Source: Chloroflexota bacterium (GTDB taxonomy: Bacteria; Chloroflexota; UBA11872). Taken from it: a stretch of DNA of 64,000 nt. Location of the stretch: contig JAJEDE010000022.1 of NCBI GenBank assembly GCA_022821645.1, positions 174,564 to 238,563 of the forward strand, in the 5' to 3' direction. Within the stretch, counting starts at the first letter, position 1. Each line of letters begins with the position of its first letter. The translations under genes and the position numbers were made by a program. The notes beneath the pieces are model-generated. The model saw only the letters and a program-made list of their open reading frames with translations, ran no database searches and was not told the DNA's origin. Shown one piece after another: positions 49,017-58,255 of this stretch.

Positions 49017-49070
49017 CCCGTTCGTGGTGAGCCGCCCCGGAGTCCGCGGAAGACCGTGTCCAACCACACC
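49017..49070 (+). repeat. REP-like dispersed repeat, copy A
   Basis: CCCGTTCGTGGTGAGC..GTCCAACCAC; related copies at 50975, 59617, 59841. Confidence 0.7.
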
Positions 49071-49222
49071 CCCCGGCAGCAACCGCACCCATGCCCTCCG
49101 CCACCTCATCTTCTCGGCTCCTCTCTTCCCTCACCTCTTCCCCACCCCACCCCTCCGAGCATCCCGGCGGCTGGCGAACCGACGGCGGATAGGATGGCGG
49201 CAGGGGAAACGGTAATCCGCAA

Positions 49223-50962
49223 ATGACCCACAGCAACCAAGAGATCGCCCGGCGGCTGCAACTGGGCGAGGACAGCGCCTGGGAATTCAAGCAGGTCGAG
49301 TTCGCTGGCGATCAACCCAAAAGCCCGGAACGCGGGGACCTGGCGGACGAGATCGTGGCGTTCGCCAACGCCGACGGCGGCGCCCTCCTCTGCATATTCA
49401 CCGAAGAAGGCGAAGTGCAGGACATGACGCGTGAACGCCTCAGTGCGCTGGACAACTACGTCGTCCGGGTCAGTTCCGATTCAATCGAGCCTCCCGTTCG
49501 CATCCGCACTCGGCACACGGAGATCCCCGACGGCAAGAGATTGCTGATCGTCGATGTACCCGCGGGCGATTCCCCGCACGAGCGTTCCGGCCAGCGGTAC
49601 ATCCGCATCGGCGGCTCCAAGCGAAGGATGACCGGCGATGAGTGGCTGCGCTTGGCGCAACGTCGCGCGCAGGCCCGCTACCGATCCTTTGACGAACAAA
49701 CGGTTCCAGGCACCGGATTCAACACCCTGGACGAGTCCCTCTGGAAACCACTGTTGAGCGCCGAAGGCGCCGCCGAGCCTGAGGTGGCGCTCGGCAGATT
49801 GGCCCTTCTCGCAAACGACGAGGCTGGCATCCCACGCGCCACGGTCGCCGGCGTCTTGCTATGCGCGCCGGATCCCCGGCAGTGGCTGCCAAACGCCGCT
49901 ATCACCGCCACCCGGTATCGGGGTAACGACCGTGCCTCCGGCCAGATCGACGCGCAGGAGATTTCCGGTCCGTTGAACCGGCAGATCGCCCAGGCCGTCT
50001 CCTTCGCCCTGCGCAACATGCAGGTCGCCGCCCGCAAGGACCCGGGGCGCGTTGACCTCCCCCAATACAGCCACCGGGCCTTGTTCGAGGCCCTCGTCAA
50101 CGCCGTCGTGCATCGCGACTACTCGATACGCGGCAGCAAAATTCGGCTCTCAATGTTCGCTGACCGACTGGAAATCCAGTCGCCCGGCTCGCTGCCCAAC
50201 AACCTCACCGTCGAAAGCATGGAAACGCGCCAGGTCACCCGCAACGAAGCGTTAACGTCCGTGCTGGCGCGCCTGCCGGTTGGCGGCATTCAGGGCTCGC
50301 AGGAGCGGCAGTACTTCATGGAACGCCGCGGCGACGGCGTGCCCATCATTCGGCGCGAGACTCAGGAACTCTGTGGGCAGCTGCCCGCGTACCGGGTCAT
50401 CGACGACGCCGAAGTCCGCCTCACCATCCCCGCCGCCACCCATGAACACAGCCCGTCCAGCAGCGTCATTACCGTGAGGTCCGCCGGTCAGCCCTTGTTT
50501 GGCGTCGACGTCCTTGTGCTCTTCCCGAACAAGACCTGGAAGCGTTCGACCACTAATGAAGACGGCGAGGCGTCGGTGGAGCTCTACACATCCCACCTCC
50601 CAACGACCGTGTTTGCTGCCGCTGGCGGTCACGCGGCGCGCCTGGAACGTGACTGGACGCCCAGCCAGCGCGCGCTCTCACTCGACCTGCAAGTCCTGCC
50701 GGATGGCGGCAGCGTCATTTTTCCCGAAGCGGTCGGGCGCCTGCCCATCCTCAAGGGGCGCCTCAACCCCGTACGCGATGCGCAGGACAGGACCTACCTC
50801 TACGCCAATAACATCGCGATCAACCAGGGCCAGCCCCAACCCGTCCACTTCGCCCCCGGCGAAGAGCTGCGCCTCACCGATGCCGACGGCCGGGAATCGC
50901 TAATTCGAATCCTCGATGTAGTCGGCCGCTCAGCCCTCCTCGAATACCGACCCGTCCCCTAA
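49223..50962 (+). CDS. Schlafen/AlbA_2 plus HATPase_c_4 domain protein with extra C-terminal domain
   Basis: GEDSAWEFK..IVAFANADGG; FEALVNAVVHRDYS..DRLEIQSPG; ERRGDGV. Confidence 0.85.
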   Translation: MTHSNQEIARRLQLGEDSAWEFKQVEFAGDQPKSPERGDLADEIVAFANADGGALLCIFTEEGEVQDMTRERLSALDNYVVRVSSDSIEPPVRIRTRHTEIPDGKRLLIVDVPAGDSPHERSGQRYIRIGGSKRRMTGDEWLRLAQRRAQARYRSFDEQTVPGTGFNTLDESLWKPLLSAEGAAEPEVALGRLALLANDEAGIPRATVAGVLLCAPDPRQWLPNAAITATRYRGNDRASGQIDAQEISGPLNRQIAQAVSFALRNMQVAARKDPGRVDLPQYSHRALFEALVNAVVHRDYSIRGSKIRLSMFADRLEIQSPGSLPNNLTVESMETRQVTRNEALTSVLARLPVGGIQGSQERQYFMERRGDGVPIIRRETQELCGQLPAYRVIDDAEVRLTIPAATHEHSPSSSVITVRSAGQPLFGVDVLVLFPNKTWKRSTTNEDGEASVELYTSHLPTTVFAAAGGHAARLERDWTPSQRALSLDLQVLPDGGSVIFPEAVGRLPILKGRLNPVRDAQDRTYLYANNIAINQGQPQPVHFAPGEELRLTDADGRESLIRILDVVGRSALLEYRPVP

Positions 50963-50974
50963 ACCAGCCCCCAT

Positions 50975-51044
50975 CCCATTCGTGGTGAGCCGGCCCGCCG
51001 TCCCCGGCGGCCCGCAGAGCCTGCCCTGAGCCTGTCGAGTGGGG
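50975..51044 (+). repeat. REP-like dispersed repeat, copy B (composite)
   Basis: CCCATTCGTGGTGAGC..CCCTGAGCCTGTCGA. Confidence 0.6.
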
Positions 51045-51387
51045 ATTCTCGCCTGTACCGCTCCTACGCCCGTTATTCCGCCTCCACCGCCAGATCATTC
51101 GCCTCGACTATGGTCCATCCAGGAATAATCACGTCACTAACTCACGCTTTTCATAGTCGCGTTACTTCGCGGGTGATAACGGAACAAAGACCTCGATTAG
51201 CTTGCCAGAGATTAGGTTTGACACTCCACAGTTACGTGGTTGTCAGGGAATCTCCACCGACGCCCGGGATCCCGAGACTCGAGACCCCGGCCGTCACACG
51301 CGATGTCGGGACCGCAATCGACGGTCGTGGCTGCTGAAGTGGTAGATTACCGGCGGCTTCCGACCCCCGCGTAACCAAGGGTCCGTC

Positions 51388-52392
51388 ATTACAGGATCGT
51401 ATACGTCCGGCGGACCGATAGGCGTACTCGTGACAAACTGCGGGACGCCCGATGCTCCAACCACTGCCGCAACTCGTCGGTACCTTGCCGAGTTTCTTGC
51501 CGACCCGCGGATGATCGAGCTGCCGCGCTGGCTCTGGAGGCTCGTCCTGCACGGCGTGGTGTTGCGAACGCGCCCCCGGCGCTCCGCCCGCCTGTACGAG
51601 AGCATCTGGGAACCCGACGGCTCGCCGATTCTCCTCAACTCACAGGCCATTGTTGATTCCCTCGCAGTTCGGTGGGCCGAACGGAAGCGCCCGCGCATGG
51701 TGGTGTCGCTGGGCATGCGGTATGGGAACCCATCGATACGGCAAGCCCTCGGCACCTTGCGTGACGCGGGGGCGACTCGCATCGTGGTCCTGCCCCTGTA
51801 TCCGCAATACTCCGCCGTAACCGTAGGTTCGGCATTCGACGCAGTCACGGACACGTTGTGCGGCTGGCGTCGCGTGCCGGCGGTGCGCTTCATCGACCAG
51901 TACCACGCCAACCCCGGCTACATCCAGGCGCTCGCAAAGTCGATCGAGTCTGCGTGGTCCCGGGACGGGCGCCCCAACCTCCTGCTGTTCTCCTTCCACG
52001 GACTGCCGCAGTCGTACTGCGACAAGGGCGACCCGTACCCCGGCCAATGCCAGGCGACGGCGCGTTTGGTCGCCGAGACCGTGGGAATCCCGGACGACCA
52101 GTGGTCAGTCGCCTTCCAATCCAGATTCGGCCCCGGCGAGTGGCTGCGACCGTACATGGAAGAGACGGTTGCCGATCTTGGCCAGCAGCGTCTTCGCAGA
52201 GTTGACGTGATCAGCCCCGGATTCGCGGTTGACTGCCTGGAGACGCTGGAAGAAATCGAGATCCGGGCGGGCGAGACGTTCGTCCACGCCGGCGGTGGAG
52301 TTCTGCGCTATATCCCGGCACTCAACGCCGACAGCCTCCATGTGTCAACACTCGCGGGAGTCGTGGAGGAAGTCGCCAGCGACTGGGCCTAG
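51388..52392 (+). CDS. hemH: ferrochelatase (start probably upstream of GTG 51430)
   Basis: IGVLVTNCGTP, FLADPR, MRYGNP, LPLYPQYS, FSFHGLP, FQSRFG, GFAVDCLETLEEI. Confidence 0.95.
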   Translation: MTGSYTSGGPIGVLVTNCGTPDAPTTAATRRYLAEFLADPRMIELPRWLWRLVLHGVVLRTRPRRSARLYESIWEPDGSPILLNSQAIVDSLAVRWAERKRPRMVVSLGMRYGNPSIRQALGTLRDAGATRIVVLPLYPQYSAVTVGSAFDAVTDTLCGWRRVPAVRFIDQYHANPGYIQALAKSIESAWSRDGRPNLLLFSFHGLPQSYCDKGDPYPGQCQATARLVAETVGIPDDQWSVAFQSRFGPGEWLRPYMEETVADLGQQRLRRVDVISPGFAVDCLETLEEIEIRAGETFVHAGGGVLRYIPALNADSLHVSTLAGVVEEVASDWA

Positions 52393-52420
52393 GACCGAAG
52401 CGCGGCGCGGCGCTCCGACG

Positions 52421-53620
52421 CTATCTGGTATCCCCCAGGCGTCGCAGGGCCGCGACGACCGGCACGGCAATCAACACGACCACCGCCGCAGTAAAGAAGG
52501 GCAGAGCAATCATGTCGTCGAAGAGCCCGACCAGCCGCCCGCTCCCGGCCGACCCTACGGCCACGCCCAGCGAGTACACCGCGTAGAAGATCCCGAACGC
52601 AATGCCGCGCCGCGCGGGCCCGGCGGCTTCCGCCACCAGCGCCGTCGCCGCCGGGAACACCAGCCCGTACCCCAGGCCAAACACAGCCATGCCGGCCGCA
52701 ACCACGCCATAGGTTTCCGCCACGCCCAGCACGGCCAGCCCCCCGGCGACTCCGAGCAGTCCAAAGACCAGCGGAACAAAGCGGCCAATCCGGTCGCTGG
52801 CGCCTCCAATTGGACTTGCCATCACCAGCATCGAGACAAGCGCATAGATGGCAAAGCTGTATCCCGCCCGGGCCGCCGACTCACCCTGGTTTTCCAACAC
52901 CAGTGGCAAGTGCGCCACCAGCACGCCAACGCCAACCGTGATCGCGAACTGGGCGGCAAAAGCCGACGACAAGATTCGGCCGCTGAGCCCCGACCCCGAC
53001 GGCCTCGCTTCGGCGCTCGCTGTCCGCGAGCGCATCGACGACGGCAGTTCTCGTGTAACGGCCACGAATGCAACGAGCGTAACGGCCAGGAAAACCGCGT
53101 CGACAAAGAACACCGCATCAGCGCCCCAGGCATCCCTGAGAATGCCCGCGGCCGGCGGCCCGATCATGGCGGGCACCGCAATCATGGCGCCGGCCAGGCC
53201 CATCGCCCGGCCTCGTTGATCCGAGTCGACCCAGTCACCGATGATCGCGAACGCCCCGGGCGTCAGCGCCGCCGCTCCGATGCCGTGGATCGCACGCGCG
53301 AACAGGAGCTGCTCTGGCGATTGCACGAACGCGTAGCTGAGCACCGCGAGCGCTGTAATCCCCAGACCGAAGATGATGGGTTGGCGGCGGCCCAACCGGT
53401 CCAGGACAAACCCCACCCCCAGGTTGCCGAACAGATTCGTCACCGAGTACATCGCAACGATGAGGCCAACGACCGCGGCCGAGGCCCCAAGATTCCGGGC
53501 GTGCGGCGCCATGGTGGGGAACTGCACGAACAGATCGAAGAACGCCGCCAGAATGACCAGCCGTGCGGCCCACACCGAATGTCGGGCGATGCCGGAGGCG
53601 CGCAGTGTCTGCGAGGCCAT
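52421..53620 (-). CDS. MFS transporter
   Basis: About 12 TM; GFVLDRLGRR and GGASDRIGR motif A. Confidence 0.92.
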   Translation of the reverse strand: MASQTLRASGIARHSVWAARLVILAAFFDLFVQFPTMAPHARNLGASAAVVGLIVAMYSVTNLFGNLGVGFVLDRLGRRQPIIFGLGITALAVLSYAFVQSPEQLLFARAIHGIGAAALTPGAFAIIGDWVDSDQRGRAMGLAGAMIAVPAMIGPPAAGILRDAWGADAVFFVDAVFLAVTLVAFVAVTRELPSSMRSRTASAEARPSGSGLSGRILSSAFAAQFAITVGVGVLVAHLPLVLENQGESAARAGYSFAIYALVSMLVMASPIGGASDRIGRFVPLVFGLLGVAGGLAVLGVAETYGVVAAGMAVFGLGYGLVFPAATALVAEAAGPARRGIAFGIFYAVYSLGVAVGSAGSGRLVGLFDDMIALPFFTAAVVVLIAVPVVAALRRLGDTR

Positions 53621-53960
53621 CAGTTCTCCAGGCTCACGTCAGGCAATCCCATCCGCACCGTGAGCGTGTATCCAGTTCGGATCAAGGCTTAGTCTTGCAG
53701 TGTATCGTAGCAATAAATTCAAATAAATGGGTAAAAGTAAACCCCCGTAGTATTCCAATATAAATGACGGTGAATGACGATCCTACGACTCGAGTGCTCG
53801 AACGCTTGGGCCGCCACGGCTATATGCGCCGGCCGAGCTTCATTCCGGTGCAACTGGACTCTGAGACTTGCCAAACGTGGCGGTGCGTCAGTCAATAGTC
53901 TTGGCCTCGGCTAGGCTGCCCGCGAACGTAGGACCAAAACACCAGCTCCGTCGAAACTCA

Positions 53961-55361
53961 ATGGTCACTCGCAAAGCCGGCAGGCCGGCAGTGTCCCGCG
54001 CGCAGCTCGAACTCGACAGGCTCGCGGCCCGCGCTGTCCTCCCGGCCAGCGCCGCTTCCGCCGCCGCCTTTCGTATTGCGTTTGGGCTCTTGGGTCTCGT
54101 CGCGGTCGTGCGCACCTGGGTGCTTGGCTGGATCGACGAGCTGTACCTGGCGCCCACCCACCACTTCAGTTACCTCGGATTCGGTTGGGTCCAGCCGTGG
54201 CCGGCCTGGGGCATGTACGTGCACTTCGCGCTTCTGGGCCTGGCCAGCCTCGCGATCGCACTCGGGTACCGCTATCGGCTTGCTACGGCGGCGTTCTTCG
54301 TCCTGTTTACCTACGTCGAACTCATCGACAAGACCACCTACCTCAATCACTACTACTGGATGAGCCTGACCAGCCTGCTCATGGTCGTTCTACCCCTGCA
54401 CCGCACCGCCTCGCTGGATGCGAGACGCAACCCCGTCCGCCCGCCGCCAACCGTAGCTGCGTGGGTTATTTGGGCACTTCGGGCACAAGTCGGCGTCGTC
54501 TACGTGTTCGCCGGTCTCGCCAAGCTCAACCCTGATTGGCTGCTCTACGCCCAACCTCTGCGCATCTGGCTCTACAACAGCGGTGACGTAGCGCTCATCG
54601 GACCCCTCCTCAGGCAGCCCTTCGCCGCCTATCTGGCCAGTTGGGCCGGCGCCGCCTACGACCTGACCATCGTCGGCTGGTTGCTATGGCCGCGCAGCCG
54701 CCCCGTGGCCTACGCGGCCGTCGTTGTCTTCCACGTGGCGACCTGGGCACTGTTCCCAATCGGAATGTTCCCCTGGGTCATGATCGCCTCCACGCTCATC
54801 TTCTTCCCGCCCGACTGGCCGCGGCGTCTCTGGACCTGGATCGGCCGCCCCCCGCCATCCGGCGATCTCGCTGCCTCATCGCCCCCGGCAATCCACCGGG
54901 TGTCCCGAGTCGCCGTCCTCGCCCTGGCGCTGGTCGCCCTCGCGCAGATCATCATTCCCCTCCGTCACTGGGCCTACCCCGGCAACGTCCGCTGGAACGA
55001 AGAGGGCTACCGCTTCGCCTGGCGCGTCATGCTCACCGAAAAGACCGGCGAGGCGCAGTTCCACGTCACCGATCCGGCCACAGGCGAGCGCTGGGTCGTC
55101 GGCCCGGACCAATACCTCACGCCGCTCCAGGTCGAGCGCATGGCCTACCAGCCAGACATGATCCTCGAAACCGCGCATCTCATCGCGCGGGACCATGCCC
55201 GGCAAGGGCGCGATGTCGAGGTGCGGGCCGAAGTCTTCGTGGCCTTCAACGGCCGTCAGGCGGCGCGGCTCATCGACCCGAACGTAAACCTCGCCCGGAT
55301 TGAACACGGCCTGGCGCCCAAGACCTGGATCCTCCCAGCGCCGAACGCCTCGCCCGCCTAG
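53961..55361 (+). CDS. HTTM-domain / vitamin K-dependent gamma-carboxylase-like protein
   Basis: FRIAFG, YLNHYY, YVFAGLAKLNPDWL, IGMFP, GYRFAWRVML, QPDMIL, NGR..LIDP. Confidence 0.9.
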   Translation: MVTRKAGRPAVSRAQLELDRLAARAVLPASAASAAAFRIAFGLLGLVAVVRTWVLGWIDELYLAPTHHFSYLGFGWVQPWPAWGMYVHFALLGLASLAIALGYRYRLATAAFFVLFTYVELIDKTTYLNHYYWMSLTSLLMVVLPLHRTASLDARRNPVRPPPTVAAWVIWALRAQVGVVYVFAGLAKLNPDWLLYAQPLRIWLYNSGDVALIGPLLRQPFAAYLASWAGAAYDLTIVGWLLWPRSRPVAYAAVVVFHVATWALFPIGMFPWVMIASTLIFFPPDWPRRLWTWIGRPPPSGDLAASSPPAIHRVSRVAVLALALVALAQIIIPLRHWAYPGNVRWNEEGYRFAWRVMLTEKTGEAQFHVTDPATGERWVVGPDQYLTPLQVERMAYQPDMILETAHLIARDHARQGRDVEVRAEVFVAFNGRQAARLIDPNVNLARIEHGLAPKTWILPAPNASPA

Positions 55362-55370
55362 CCGGGCGCC

Positions 55371-56462
55371 TCAGCGCTGGCTGTCGCCATCCGTATCGCT
55401 GAATCCCACCGCCACGCCCAGCAGGCTCACCACTTCGGTATTGATCGCCCGCCGCAACTCGGCCATCGCATCAAACACCGCCTGCACCTGCGCGGGATGG
55501 TCCCTGGCGGCTGCCCCCAGCGAACCCTCCACCGCATCCAGAGCCGCCAGCACGGCATCGAAGTGACCCCGCATCCGTTCGTCCGCGTCGCTCGATAGCG
55601 GGGCGACCAGGTGGGAGACCCCCAGGCTGCCGTCCAGGCCCGCGCCCACATAGACATCCCGCATCCCTTGCAGTTCGGCCCGAATTTCTTCCAGGGCGTT
55701 CTCGCCTGGTCCGTCCGAATACGCCGCCGGATCGGACGCGTCCCCACGAATCCCCAGGACAACCCCCAGCTTCATGTCCATGATCGCTCGAGCCAGGAAC
55801 ACTTGCGTTCGCACGACCTCCGCCACCGCGGCGCTCGTCAGCATGGAACTGGACGATCGGCCCGTCAGGAAATCCTTATACGGCGGCCTCGTGTCCCGAG
55901 CCACATCCCACTCCTGCAAAACGGCCCCGAGCTCTGACGATGCGACCCGGCCAAGCGCGGTGAGATATCCGCACCGCGGCGACGCTTGATCCGACAGCCG
56001 CGCGAGCGCCGCGTCGTCAAACAGCAGGTATTCGATCGCGCCAAGACCCCGCTGCGTCGACGAAAGCACGTTCCGAACGTCCTCATCGATCGTGGCGGGG
56101 CGCTCCGCCAGCATCGACTCGATGCGCTCGGGCTCGACCGGAAACCAGTCGATCTGGCGCAGCGACCGACGGTCCATCAGCGGCCCGAAGCCCCAGGCCG
56201 CGGTATACGACCATGTGACGCGCGCCTCGCGCCAGGCCTCCCGCGCCTCCGCCAGCGCGGACTCCGACGGAGCGGCGCACAGGGTCTCCAGCGTCTGCCG
56301 CATCTCGTCAAGCTCGCTCGCTGCGGCCTTGTACCCGGGCAGGATCACCTCGTCGGTCAGGCTGATCAGCACGTCCGCTTCCGAGGCCTGCGCTTCGCCG
56401 CACCCGACCATCAACGCAAGCACCAGCGCCGCCACAAGACCCACGCGCAACGTCCGCACCAT
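55371..56462 (-). CDS. imelysin family lipoprotein
   Basis: Lipobox MVG|C; AREAWREAR..FGP, IDWFP, RGLGAIEYLLF, GFSDTDGD C-terminus. Confidence 0.85.
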   Translation of the reverse strand: MVRTLRVGLVAALVLALMVGCGEAQASEADVLISLTDEVILPGYKAAASELDEMRQTLETLCAAPSESALAEAREAWREARVTWSYTAAWGFGPLMDRRSLRQIDWFPVEPERIESMLAERPATIDEDVRNVLSSTQRGLGAIEYLLFDDAALARLSDQASPRCGYLTALGRVASSELGAVLQEWDVARDTRPPYKDFLTGRSSSSMLTSAAVAEVVRTQVFLARAIMDMKLGVVLGIRGDASDPAAYSDGPGENALEEIRAELQGMRDVYVGAGLDGSLGVSHLVAPLSSDADERMRGHFDAVLAALDAVEGSLGAAARDHPAQVQAVFDAMAELRRAINTEVVSLLGVAVGFSDTDGDSQR

Positions 56463-57949
56463 CACAGCGACTCCAGGAACTTCAACAACGCCATGCGGTC
56501 CTCCATCGAAAGCTGCAAAAAGCGGTCGCGCGACGCCTGCCCCTCGCCGCCGTGCCACAAAATCGCCTCTTCCAGGCCCCGGGCGCGCCCGTCATGCAGG
56601 AACCTCGTGTGCCCGTTGACAACCTTCACCAGGCCGATACCCCAGAGCGGCGGCGTTCGCCACTCGCTGCCCGAGGCCAGTCCGTCCGGCCGTCCGTCCG
56701 CCAGCCCCGGGCCCATGTCGTGCAGCAGCAGGTCCGTGTAGGGATAGATGGTCTGCCCGCGCAGCGGCGCCAGGGAGTGCGCATTGTCGGTGGTGTGCCG
56801 GGGAACGTGGCAGGACGAGCAACCCACGTCCACGAATAGCCCTGCCCCCCTCTGCACCGTCGGATCCTCGACATTGCGCATGGCCGGCACCGCCAGGGTC
56901 TGCACGTAAAAGGCCACCTTCAACAGCCGGTCGTCCGGCGCCTCCGGCGACCCTCCGTCCGGTGCCAGGCTGCACGCGGTTTGTCCCTCGGGACAGTTCT
57001 CGGTCGGGAACAGCGTGGTGGTAATGCCAATGTCGCCGTGAAAGGCGCCGGCCGCCTGCTGCTCGACACTCGGCTGATTCGCCTTCCAGCCGAAGCGTCC
57101 CGGCACAACCTCGCCGCGGCGCAGATCGCGAACCATATTCACCCGACCCGATATGCCGTCACCGTCCGAGTCGGCCGGATCGGCCAACGCCCGGATCCGC
57201 GCCTCCGGTATCGCTTCGAGCAGCCCCATGCCGACAATGGTCTGAGCGATTCGCGGCGAAATCATGACGTCCGCGGCAACGCCGCCATACGCCGGATCCA
57301 GGATTGCGTAGATCGGCTTCTGCAAGCTGTAGGGCGTGCCGTCGGGATAGCTCCCGTGAATGGTCTCGTAGGTAATGCCGATGCGACCTTCCGGCTGTAC
57401 CCCATTGATCGCCCGATCCTGGAGCTGATCGCCGTACAGCGGCTCGTCCACCGGACCGTCCGGTCCCGGCACGCTCAGCCGCAGCAGCAGCCCGCGCTCC
57501 GGATCCCCGTCGTGCTCCGGCGGCTTCGCCCGACCGTCCCGGCTGTGACACGAGGAACATGACTGCGCGTTGAAGGTCGGACCCAGCCCATCGCGCGCCT
57601 CCGTCGAAGCCGGTGCCGTGACCCAGTTCTGCGTAAAGAAGCTGTCGCCAACCTCAAACCGGCGCCGCTCCTCGTTCGTCAGATTGCGCGCCGACAGCTC
57701 AAACGCGTTACTGCCGGCACTAAACGCCGTCGTCGTTCCGCCCAGGTTCTTGTCGAAGATCAGCGTCAGATCACGCTGCCCGAACTGCGGCGTGCAAGCG
57801 ATTGACCCGCCAACCGCGAGCGAAAGGACCGCCGCGGCGCCAACGATCATCAAGCGCGCGGACGGCCGCGCTCGCCGGACCGCCCACCGCAAGCGTCGGA
57901 GTACCCGCTTGAAGTCGCGGAGCTGCCGATTCGCAACGCCTGCTGCCAT
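56462..57949 (-). CDS. di-heme oxidoreductase family protein (DUF1111/DHOR)
   Basis: Two CSSCH heme motifs; DGLGP, GMGLLEAI, GRFGWKA, LHDMG, WRTPPLWG, LHDGRAR. Confidence 0.9.
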   Translation of the reverse strand: MAAGVANRQLRDFKRVLRRLRWAVRRARPSARLMIVGAAAVLSLAVGGSIACTPQFGQRDLTLIFDKNLGGTTTAFSAGSNAFELSARNLTNEERRRFEVGDSFFTQNWVTAPASTEARDGLGPTFNAQSCSSCHSRDGRAKPPEHDGDPERGLLLRLSVPGPDGPVDEPLYGDQLQDRAINGVQPEGRIGITYETIHGSYPDGTPYSLQKPIYAILDPAYGGVAADVMISPRIAQTIVGMGLLEAIPEARIRALADPADSDGDGISGRVNMVRDLRRGEVVPGRFGWKANQPSVEQQAAGAFHGDIGITTTLFPTENCPEGQTACSLAPDGGSPEAPDDRLLKVAFYVQTLAVPAMRNVEDPTVQRGAGLFVDVGCSSCHVPRHTTDNAHSLAPLRGQTIYPYTDLLLHDMGPGLADGRPDGLASGSEWRTPPLWGIGLVKVVNGHTRFLHDGRARGLEEAILWHGGEGQASRDRFLQLSMEDRMALLKFLESL

Positions 57950-58007
57950 GTCGTAATCGAAAAATCAGCCGCGGCCCGGCCTCCTCGAGGTCGTCATTGA
58001 CCCCGAG

Positions 58008-58217
58008 GAGACCCTTGTAAAACGCTCGCGCGCCCTCGAAGGCGGGACGCCTCTTGCTCCCTCTCCCCGTGGAGACCTTTGCATAACGTCTCTCGTCCGC
58101 TAATGCGCGGCCGCTCTTGCTCCCTCTCCCCGTGGGAGAGGGTTGGAGCCTGCCCCGGACGAGATCCGGGGGTGAGGGGTCTTCCGAGCAACCAAGCCCG
58201 GGTTACGCAAAGGTCGC
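58008..58217. mobile_element. MITE-like element with IS5/IS1106-like inverted ends enclosing a REP-like palindrome
   Basis: GAGACCTTTGCATAAC (58072) vs reverse complement GCGACCTTTGCGTAAC (58202-58217), 14/16 match; extra left end at 58008; internal CCCTCTCCC..GGGAGAGGG. Confidence 0.5.
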
Positions 58218-58255
58218 CCAAGGGAACGGCCGGACCGCGGCTCAAGACGTCCAGC

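Noticed and set aside
53620-53960. Cobalamin or other riboswitch between the MFS and HTTM genes
   Set aside because: AT-rich promoter-like DNA; no B12 box or other conserved aptamer core recognised.
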